The translations under genes and the position numbers were made by a program. Positions 35,327 to 45,713 of a stretch of 64,000 nt of DNA are shown one piece after another. Below the pieces are notes generated by a model. It searched no databases. It had not been told where the DNA came from and saw nothing but the letters and a program-made list of their open reading frames with translations. The stretch is from Toensbergia leucococca. Taxonomy: Eukaryota. How positions within the stretch are numbered: the first letter of the stretch is position 1; the number at the start of each line of letters is the position of its first letter. The stretch is taken from assembly GCA_022813965.1 (NCBI GenBank), contig JALDZS010000051.1:62001-126000 (forward strand). Reading direction: 5' to 3'.

Positions 35327-37482
35327 TTAGCATTTCAATTGTGTAAAGGCCTTGACTATTTCCAACTGTGTCTTAATAGAAGCCTCTGAATCCTCATCAT
35401 TCTCCTTATCGTTGCCCTCGTCCTCCTTTAGAGGATAGAAACATAGACCTATAATATCGCTGTATATGTCTCCTGCGTGAAATGATACCTTTTCAAGAAC
35501 AGGCTTAATAGCTTCTTTATCGTCCAGACGGGCTTTGCATCTGTTGATCGTCTCCATCTTCAGATGAGCTTGTTCATTGGCACTCACTGTCTGCGACGCC
35601 GGATGGAGCGGTAACCCGCTTGTTTCGTTTTCCACTTGAAAGAAAATCTCACGCAATTCCGCCCACAAAGCTATTTCAAGAAGTACGCACCCCAGGGCGT
35701 AGAGATCAAAAGCTTTGCTGTAATACATTCTCGCCAGACCTTGGGCGTGAGGGTGTCGATAGAGGTCCAGATCCAAAGAGCTCGGAGTATCTTCGGTCAT
35801 TTCCAAGGGGTTGTCAGCGCGAGCATACTCATAGCCAGCCAGGAACGGGCCGAGACTTGATCGATTCTTCCACTGAAACTCGCCCCTATCGATGAAGAGA
35901 ACATTGCTTGAATGGATAGCCTTATGGAGCCATCCACTTGTGTGCAGCTGCAGTACAGTCTCTGCTAGAGCCTGCGCAAAGCGCACTCGGTGAGAGAGGC
36001 TTGGCCGCAGAGTCGAAACTAACAGTTCTGATAGTGACCGAACAGTAGGAACAGTAGGTCCACAAGATTGCTCGAGGTTGAGATCGACGATCTCGTAGAC
36101 ATAGGCATAGAGGTTGAACGTACGATCTGTCTCACGGCAGAGGTAACCAAGACACTTCAAAGAATGGAATGAGGTGTCGGATATGGAGCTCATCATAGAG
36201 GTCAAACTCTGGATCCGCCTCACAAGCTTGTCCTCAACGCTCTTCTCAACTCTTTTCCACTCGACCATCACTTGGGAATTGATGTTCTTCTTCGACGACA
36301 TATACAATCCTATCTGGCGTGGATGGTTCATTGGACCTTTTCCTGGGAGGAGATTGGACAATGACTGATAATTTACCTTAGGAAGCTTTACTTTAGCCAC
36401 TGGGAGAGCCGTTCGGGCGCGACTTGAGCCTTGACCGATGCTTCGCGAATTAAGCCGAGCGAGGGAATTCTTCTCATCGCCAGTCTGGTCAACCTCCAGA
36501 TGTCACCGGAGTTGCTTGACGTTAGCTGCGGCATCGATGGACGATGCTTCACGCACGTAATCGGGATCCAACAGGGCCTTGATAATTTCGAGATCCGGAG
36601 ATTCGGCAGTCCTTGAAACGAGATCTCGCAGCAAAGTCGAGAGTGCTGCCTGTACGAAGTCACGATCAATGGTGCCTAGTAGGTCGTATAGACAATTGTT
36701 GAAATAGCCTGTTGGGTTGATGTCAGCAACTTGGATGTCAGATTTATACTGCAAGTAGACCAGAAGGCTGCACTAGCATTTGTGACAGCCCTTGAATCCT
36801 ACTCATTGACGGCAACCCGACACAAACCAATTGCTATTCATTGTTGTTGAAGAGGAGACAGCAGACAGAAGATACGATAAATTTGATGAGGAAGATTCAA
36901 CGGCGGCTCGGCCACCAAAATCCATTTATTTATTCACTGCCGAGCGTCTGCAACAGGAAACTTACCGATCTGACAAAGTAACGACTTCAATTTTTCTTGA
37001 TCCAGTGTTGCCCAGCGTAGCCTCTTCCCTAGGCTGGCACTGTTCTGGATGATCTGGGCACGGGCACTGCGGATGTCTGGTTTCACGTACGACCAAAGCT
37101 TTGCGACGCCTTTCCTGCGATTAATCGATTCCGCTGGCTGAACACTACTCTCATTCAATTCCTCGCTATGAAGATTGTATCGTGTCTGTAGAGTGTGTGA
37201 ATCGGTCAATAGGAATTCCAATCGCTTCAAGACTTGAGCGATGAGAGTCCAATTGAGTTGATGATTTCGATCTCCCTTGTCGCTGCTCAGTCCCACGCGT
37301 TCGGCCCACTGAAGCAGACGGACTTGCTCCCACTGCAACATACTCCGAAGACGGTCTGCATCATGGCCAATGTGTTGAGCGGCGCTGAGTATCTCGAAGC
37401 CTTTCACGCAACCTTGAAAACATGTAACGCTGAGGCTGATGATTCCAACCACACTCCCCACAAGGTCCAGTCCAGTAGCCAT
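35327..37482 (-). pseudogene. HeLo (HET-S-like) domain + pseudokinase, MLKL-like architecture, interrupted by one in-frame TGA (pseudogene or recoded gene)
   Basis: N-terminus MATGLDLVGSVVGIISL...CVKGF...EQVRLLQWAERVGL...RLRWA is HeLo-like. Intron 36709-36965. TGA at 36503-36505, after which the frame stays open into VEWK, LHKAIHSSNVLF, LAGYEYAR, LYRHP and DLYALGCVLLEIALW. Confidence 0.85.
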
Positions 37483-37863
37483 CCGGCCCAAGAAAAGTCA
37501 CTAGTAGGGCGTCAGGTTGGGGCACGCTGGACGAAACCTTCTTCGAGTTTCATTATATTTCACTAATTCTTCGAAACATCTCTCAAGTCTCTAGGCGTGG
37601 GCTGCAAAACTCCGCTGTGACCCATGCCGCCATTATCGCCTCCCTCCGATTGGACTGATACTGACCTGAGATGGGTGTCTGCAGCTTATGTTGGCGAATT
37701 GCCTGCATGGCGTACAAGGCGGGGTTGGGAGAGAGTATATGCAATGCCTTCAGCTGCGAGGCTCAAGTCGTCGCCCAGGTTCCAAGGCTGCACTTTTGGC
37801 CGAAGAGCAGTCTTTGCCAGTCTGCGCAATTGACCTCACTCATTGTTCACCAATTGACTAACC

Positions 37864-40689
37864 ATGACGGCGATGCTACAGAGCTTCTTCGGCAGGTATA
37901 CGCAGTCCAAAGCATTCCCGCTTGAGGATGTGTGCGCATGTCTCGAGCGACTCTGCACTGTTCCACCGGTCGACAAGAATTCCAGACAACGGCATCTCAT
38001 TCCCAACAGTAACTTCAAGGAAATCACGGACCTACTGAAGCACTACGAAGCCCAAATAGGCGAGAAAGGTTGGGCACATCGGCCTCGGATATACACCGTT
38101 CTACGCGGTATTGGTCGTCTGGATGTCATGAAAGTCTTTGTTTCCAAAGCGCTTACTGATTTTCTTCTACCATTCGATCCACAAAATTTGCCCACCGAGC
38201 TTGGAGATCACGTGGGAACATTCGTGCGCTTTCAGGCACACGTGCTCACTGATGCCCGCGAGCTAGAGCTTGGGGAAAGGGGACGGCACTGCTTTTCCAG
38301 TCATCAGGAGGACGACCACTTCATCAGGCTGGGGTATCTTGGTGCTGGGCAATCTGGAGATGTCCATGAGGTTCGGTCGAGACTGAGCCATGAGACCTAC
38401 GCACGCAAGCGTTTCAAGCGCAACACGAACTCAAGGGCGGCCCTCGAGGTCTTGCGGCACTTTACACAAGAGATAAACGCACTCAAGCGGCTTTCTCACC
38501 GGCGTCTGATCAAAATTATGGGCTCCTGCACAGACCCATTGTACTGTTCTATCCTAATGTCACCAGTCGCTGACTACAATCTCAAAGCATATTTAGAAAG
38601 ACTCACGTCACGAGATTTGCCTGCTCTGCGATCCTTCTTTGGATGTCTAGCCAATACCATCGCTTATCTACATAACAAACAGATATATCATATGGATATC
38701 AAGCCAGAAAACATCCTGATCAAAGCTGGAGACATATACCTTGCTGATTTTGGATCTGCACATGATTGGAGCCGGCAGGGAAGATCTACAACAGTACGTC
38801 GCCTGAATTATCCCAATCCATCGTCTGTTGAGTAGCTTTAGTGGTCCAATGCACCCAAGACGGATCGGTACATACCACCGGAATTAGCCAGGGATCCAAA
38901 TTCGCCCAGGAACTGGTCTACAGACATGTGGTGTTTGGGGGTTGTCTTCCTCGAAATGACAACTGTGCTGCATAGCAAGACCATAGCGCAATTTAGACAC
39001 CACCTTCTTCACAATGGCACGAATCACCAATTTGTGTATGGTAATTCGCCTGCAACAGCGGCCTGGATGGAAATACTCAGAGAGAGTGGAGAAGGTCCAG
39101 ATTCCGACAACGAGCCCCTTGTATGGGTAAAAGATATGACACAGGAGCAAAGGCTGAACAGAACGAAAGCGAACGACCGTGTCAGAGAAATACTCAACTC
39201 CAATTCAGCAGAACAGTTCCGTCAGATATGTTGCGCCGATCATGACGAAACCTGGGAGGAATGGGAGGGTCACTGCAACGCTAACGAGGATGTCCAATCT
39301 GTGACTGACTTTGAAGGTATTTCTATCGAAGAGATGCTATCACAGACTGCGAAAGTTATACCGGAGCTGTATCAAAGTCAGGCCAAGGCACGTCCTATCG
39401 AGGCTTGGATGAGCCATGAGCAAATTTTTCCACTCAAAGAGAACCACGATACGATTGAATACTCTAGTGACGGCTTCACGGAGGACGAGGACTCGCCATT
39501 CGACATCGACGAAGACGACGAGCCCGAATTGTACTCCAAAGAGGAGGCATTGGAGGAGGTTGTGTCGCTGCCATTACCTGATAGATTAGAGAATTTCAGT
39601 TTCTTAGACCAAGAGTCCACGCTCTTCGTGCCAGGCCAAGAACGAGGGAATTATGACGATGATTCACTATTTGAGATTGATTCTGACAATTCAAGTTCAG
39701 CTGGTTCCGACAAGACAGTCAGACCCCTTCAGAAACTCATCGATGAGCTGGCGTCTTTTGAAGATACCCCTGAGCAAGAATCTAGCGAGCCCAAATCCAG
39801 TATGGCGGCCGCCGATGACGCAGCTCGTCTTGCTAAACAGGTACAGCTAGAAGAACGATTGTCTGTCAACTCTCTAGGGAGCGATGCGATAGCTAAGTCG
39901 CTGGACAGCAAGTCTGACAAAGGCAGACGGACTCTTTCAGGTGACGCAAAAATCAAACAATCGTGCGAACCAGCTTTCACGTGTACGGGTAGGCACTCTT
40001 TTGACTCGAAGGAGCAGTCACTGCCGTCTCTTGACCATGCTTTGAAGCCCTTGGAAGAGCAAATGGGAGCTGCGTCACACATTGACTTGTCCGGACTGTT
40101 TGTGACTACCTCACAAATCCAAAGCCCGAATGTATCACAGCCAATCACGAAAAATCCACGGCCCACTAGTAATGTGCCAAATGCTTTATTACCAACCTCT
40201 AGATCGACTCTGAAGAACTTGAGCAAGCTCAACTCTTCAGGGAAATGCGAGGCTATCCCAGCAACACAGCCATCTAAGAAGAGGTCTAAGAAGCCTAGGC
40301 GAAGGCAACCAATCTTCCCAGCCAAGAAGTATATGCAGGGCATATGGGAGGCTGAGTCATCTGCTACTACCTCCGTTGTCTCTAAAGCGACGCATGCAAA
40401 GCTGGGAGGATCTATCAGTATTACGAAAGGGCAGGACAAGACTTACAATTACGTCGGGTATTACGCAAAGCAAGGCAATGTAGGCGCTTTACGAATTCTT
40501 TTGGACAAGGAATGCAATCCTGGGACCAAGGTAAGCAAGTATAGATCTTGGTATAGTGCAGCAACTGATGTTTCGCAGGAGAACCCTCGGAAAGGGCCTA
40601 TGTTGAGCGCAGTGAGGGGGGCGTCCTTGAGACACATCAAGTGCGTCAGATTGTTACTTGAGAAAGGCTCAACGTTCTGTAAGATTTGA
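37864..40689 (+). CDS. Ser/Thr protein kinase (non-RD) with acidic linker and C-terminal ankyrin repeats, possibly 3'-truncated
   Basis: LGAGQSGDV, YARKRF, HMDIKPEN, DFG, YIPPE and DMWCLG. Introns 38794-38841 and 40531-40578. Ankyrin-like YAKQGNVGALRILLDK and PMLSAVRGASLRHIKCVRLLLEKG. Confidence 0.88.
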
Positions 40690-41251
40690 CTTGGTAGTAA
40701 GATCCTTGATGGTACGGCATGATACTTGAGCAGCAGTAAAGATAATTCAATCAAAAGATAGACTTACGAGTGTGGAGGCTCCCAAAAAACAAAGTGTACA
40801 AGGTCAAAATCGAGGTCTATTAAACGACAGCGACAGCTCACTCAAAAGAGAAATCGCTTAAGGGGCACCAGTAGTATTTGACGGTGGCTGAGAGGGGGCT
40901 GAAACCTAATCAATTCTAGCCTATCGTTTCTTTCCCTTCGCCTATGCCAATATTCGAGGGATTCCCTTTCCTTTTCTTTTCCACCTCAGACTGTTTAGAC
41001 ACGGCATCTACAAACCATTCTTTCTACGGATACCGTTGACTCGTATCTGCACTCCAACATGTGTTCTTCGCATTCTAGAATGCCATGTCAGCATGCAAGC
41101 CTGCCGAGAGCAGTCACCCCTCCACTGGAACAGCTGGCCGCTCCCCACTTAATCTTCCATATATGACCGCTCTCCCTGCTCTTTTCCAGCAGTCTTTCAA
41201 GCCTTGCGTAAATAAGTCCGCCTTGATTCGCTTGATCTTTTCCTGTAAGAC

Positions 41252-42310
41252 ATGGCTTCAGTCCGTCTATTTGCTCTGCTACTATTGTCCTTGTTGCATA
41301 TTGCGTTTGGACGTGGCTTGTCACTGCAAAAACGAGTTTGCAATCAAGATAATTGTCTTCGAAGCTTGGAAGCGCAGAGCGTTCTAGCAAAGCCCTTCTG
41401 CTCTGCCTACCTCGGCGGTGTCACACCGTGAGCTGCTTATACTTGCCCTTGGTTATAGCTCTTGTCAGCAAGAGACTAATTCGTACCGCAGGACAACGAC
41501 AGTACCATACACCACCGTGTGTACAGAAAATCCAACGGCGGTGTCAACTGCATGTTCCTGCTTGCTGAATGCAGTATCTACTACTGTAAGACCACCACCT
41601 TCTTTGATGGAAGAATTGTGATGTTCCTTCACTCTAGTCTGATTGATACTCTGCAGACTACAAGCTCCACGACCACTAGCTCCAAGACAAGCTCAACGAC
41701 TACGACTTCCAAGACTACCAGCTCCACAAGTACAAGCTCGGCGACTACGACTTCCAGGACTACGACTTCTACAAGTACAAGCTCGACGACTACGACTTCC
41801 AGGACTACGACTTCTACAAGTACAAGCTCCACAACCACGACTCCCTCCACAACCACAACTCCCTCCACAACCACGACTCCCTCCACAACCACGACTCCCT
41901 CCACAACCACAACTCCCTCCACAACCACATCTCCCTCTCCAACCTCCACTTCCCTCCCCCAATGCGCCGCCAGCAACAACTACGGCTACGTCTACACCGT
42001 AGACGCCTACGACTCCGATAGCTTAGTCCTCGACTTCGCCTTCCCCGATATCACAGCCCAAGGCCAATGCTGCAACCTCTGCTTCGAAACCTCCAGCTGC
42101 TACGGTTTTACCGAGGGCAGCCAAGAGAACTCCTATGCCCCCTATTACTGCGAACTCGCCCTCATCACCACGTACGGGCCCGTCGTCGGCCCGAACGTGA
42201 GCCCGACGTGTCCGAACGGGCAGTACTATTGGCAGTATGCCGATTTGGCGCCGTATGTGCCGGGTTCGACTAGGGGGGGGTCGGGGCAGGGTCCTTGTGG
42301 GATTTTTTGA
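41252..42310 (+). CDS. Secreted Ser/Thr-rich protein with Cys-rich N-terminal domain and PAN/Apple-like C-terminal domain (3 exons)
   Basis: Signal MASVRLFALLLLSLLHIAFG, KR site, CNQDNCLR...FCSAY and ACSCL. Introns 41428-41491 and 41586-41656. C-terminal CCNLC...CYGF...C pattern. Confidence 0.85.
41690..41935 (+). repeat. Coding tandem repeats (45-bp STSTSSxTTTSRTTT and 18-bp PSTTTT units)
   Basis: acaagtacaagctc recurs every 45 bp; ctccacaaccac(g/a)actcc recurs every 18 bp. Confidence 0.9.
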
Positions 42311-42599
42311 AATTCAAATAGGGTTGGGGGCAGTGATGAGAATTGATTATTCGTGGCATTTTACTTTTTGAGACGGGCTTTTCGGGGTTTCTGATTGTAA
42401 GGTAATTCTTGGTTGGGGGGGGGTGTGGGGGGGTGTGGGGGGGGAAGGTTAGCAAAGAAAAAAAGATGCACAGGTCCCTGGTTTCTAAGGCTCGGACTTG
42501 CAAGGTAAAGGTGAGAGAAGGTGGTGTGGGACTTCTCTGCTTTTCATTGTCATAACCTGATCTCAGATACAATTGTAGTATTCTGTAGCTTTTATACAA

Positions 42600-43570
42600 G
42601 TCTCTCTACTATAACTATGCAGAAGAATTAATCATATCACATCACTGAGCCTCATGATAGATATTAAACAAACTATTAGGTAAATTTTACTTGACCCAGG
42701 TAGAACTAAGAAATTGCCTTCAGAGGCGGCGATTGTAGTGATTCAAGGTTTAGTTCAGATTATCACTCATCATTTGTGTGATAATAATACTCGTGACAGC
42801 GTTGAAAGCAGAATGTGATATAAGAGATGAATTGATTATATTTGTGAGAGTTTGTGAGAAGATTGTATTAGAGTTTGTTTAAGTGAGTGAAATCTAATGT
42901 GACATATAGGTGCATACAGACTCTTATATTTCTGAGATGAGGTGAGAGAGAAAGAAGTGTTTATTATTTGAAGAAATTTGATGAGTGATATGATCTGTAG
43001 CTTGAATAGTAGTATTAAAAGTGTTGATGTAGAGATACACTCACAGTACATCAAATTGAGAACTGATTAAAAGATAGAACAGAGATATAATAAGAGAAGC
43101 TTGAACTGATGTGAGTGTTATATAACTCTATAAACATAACAAAGTCTCACCTTGTGATAGACTATTTAGCACTTAACTTCAGCAACAGACAGATTAACAA
43201 TATAGTTGAGCATAGAGGCATTTTATTGAACAGAGATCAGTACATTTTTTATTGTAGCCTCACAAAATTGTGAGTAACAAGCAATGAAGTTTCTTTATAG
43301 TTCTGTGCTTGCAGGCAGTGCATATATATTGCAGCAAAGTAGCTGCGCATCATAGGCGTAGTAGCCAGTGAAGATCCCTGACATGCATATCACTGAGTGT
43401 ATGTCAAACCTGTGAGTAACAGATCACCTCACATTCAGTCACCCTTAAAAAGATTCATGTTATTGTGACACTGAGTCACTAAATGTGTTATGTGACAGAT
43501 TGATTCTCACTCAATGATCATGTCATTATTGATAAGATGCAAGTATAAGGAATTAAACTGATGAAATGTT
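42600..43570. mobile_element. AT-rich hypermutated repeat/transposon relic
   Basis: No ORF; CpG, CC and GG are scarce while CA and TG are frequent. Confidence 0.45.
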
Positions 43571-44402
43571 TTGTTGAGAAAATTACGCAAGGCTGGGGGC
43601 TGAGAAAACCGCGCAGTATAAGGGCTGACTATCAACAAGACTTTATCCATCAGCTCTGATATCGAAGGCTTTGGAGTTCGAATTGAAGCTGGCAGCTTTG
43701 AACATCGAGAATCTTTCCGGCGTTTGCTTTGCGAGCGATGCTTCGTTGTTATGTTTGCATTGGTCTTGAGATGACGAGAAGGCTCCTCACTCGCGATGAC
43801 AGAAGTAGGCTCCTTCGATTCATCACCGATATTAGACTTAGCATGCAACAATGAAATGTACGGATCGGTGACCTGCCCTTCTGGGAACAGATATATATAT
43901 TTATGCCGAATCCCGAGATGGTTGATAAAGAGGAGATTAAGACCCAGCTGAGTGGGTTGTATTGTTGATGCTGCCGCATTGGCAGCGGCGAGACTGGCGC
44001 CTGCAATGCGTATGGTGCGGGCGGAAAGATGCGTGTACAGAGCAGATTGCGGAGTGCGCGTGTTCGACGGAGGCGACTACAGAGGAGAATCGAATGGCGG
44101 TTTTAGAGATAGAGAAGAGGGAGACGGGCAAGTCGGGGAGGGTGGGTGTTGACTGATGGGAGCTGTTCCCTAAGGCGGCTGAGAGAGCCGGAGTGGCTGC
44201 ACAGGATGGGAAACAAATTAGAGGATTGGAAAGCATAGGGTGGATGCAATTAAGGGCCTGATCATACCAATATTCGAAGACACAGGTTCGCATATGCTGC
44301 GGGACGGAATATCCATAGAATAGTGACGTCTGGCGTCTTACCAAACTTAGCTCCTTGAATCTCATTCGGAGGAATGAGAAACAGCAAATACATGAGCACT
44401 TA

Positions 44403-45344
44403 TCATCTCCGTCGATCATATCCTCTCTCCCTCTCTCTAGAATCCTCCCGCCGTCGGGTAGGCTTCGGTGAGTAGCTTCGTTGCCGCCGCTGGCGCGTGT
44501 ACCGATCTTCATCCACACGCCGTGCAGGGCTTCGAGATCGTGACCGGTATCGTTCTTTATTCCTCTCTGGCCGGCGTTCTCGAGATTCTAACCGCCGCCT
44601 GAGATGACGGTCCCTAGATCTCGATCTGTGCCGCCTATATCTCTTCTCCCGATCATCCTCACCCCTTCTCGTCCTCCTCTTCCCGTCACGACTTCTACTA
44701 CGCCGCCTCCTATCTCTTCCCTCGCCGCTCTTTTTCTCTTTCCTCACATCATCCACACCTTCCAAGCCACCCTTTCCCCCCTCAACACCCAGCATCCTCT
44801 CTTCAGCTCCACCCTCATCCTTCTCGCCTCCACCCCCACCAAAGACCCCAAAGCCCACACCTCTTCCCCCCTCTTCATCATCTCCCGCTTCTTTCACCGC
44901 TCTCTCCATCTCCTTAACTCCCACCCCCACCTCTCCTGCCCCTTTCACCTCGACAGCGAACCCCAGCGCTGCGCTCAAAGCCTCCATCTCCCTCCCTTTG
45001 ATACCCCTAATTTCTTCCTCACGTTGAGATCGGGCTGAGATAGCGGCTTCGGACTCGTCACCTTTGGCGTACCACGATAGGTCTTTGTTTTTTTGCCAGC
45101 GCCCGACAGCTGTGTTGGGCCGGAGGCATTTAGCCAAGTGTGTCACAGAAAACATCAAGAGTAATCAGACGTACGGGCCATGAGAGAGTGCCCAAGGTAG
45201 TTTTCACGGTGCTGGGAGTCTTTGACATCTTCCCATTTGAAGGAGTCCCGGCCGCCCCTACCAAAGAAACTTAGCGGGAGCTGAATAGAAGTGGTGAGAA
45301 ACTTACCGGCTACCTTCCTTGCGTACGCCTGCGACGAGATCCAT
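44403..45344 (-). CDS. MMTAG2-like (multiple myeloma tumor-associated protein 2) nuclear protein with RS-rich tail; 3 exons
   Basis: [55 protein letters not shown] followed by an RS/RE-rich C-terminus. Confidence 0.88.
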
Positions 45345-45713
45345 TCTTGATATTCTAGTTATGAGCCAATGATGATCATTGTGACGTTGAGAAATAAGGT
45401 TGAAGACGCGTAAGATATGATGTATTCTACTCCTTATTTACAAGGTAATCAATTCAATATTACGGTCAATTTCTCTCAATCAAAGCAATAAATCAAGCAA
45501 AATCCTTTCAAAAGAGAGATCATGATCTTGGATGGCACATGGGTCAGGGCTATATGTACATGTCTGCCTTGTTGTCACAAACCCATAGTATACTGGGACA
45601 GGGTCCATAGCGTATGTCTGGACACAGTCAAACGAGTTGGCCACCCTTTTCGCTTCTCCAGGGGAGGGACAAAACCATGAGAACTCTCTTTTCTAGCCGT
45701 GCCAGCCAAACCA

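Noticed and set aside
26300..43620. Starship element or secondary-metabolite cluster
   Set aside because: No tyrosine-recombinase captain, PKS, NRPS or terpene synthase is visible.
43640..44518. Cys-containing ORFs on both strands
   Set aside because: No coherent gene model or motif could be assembled.
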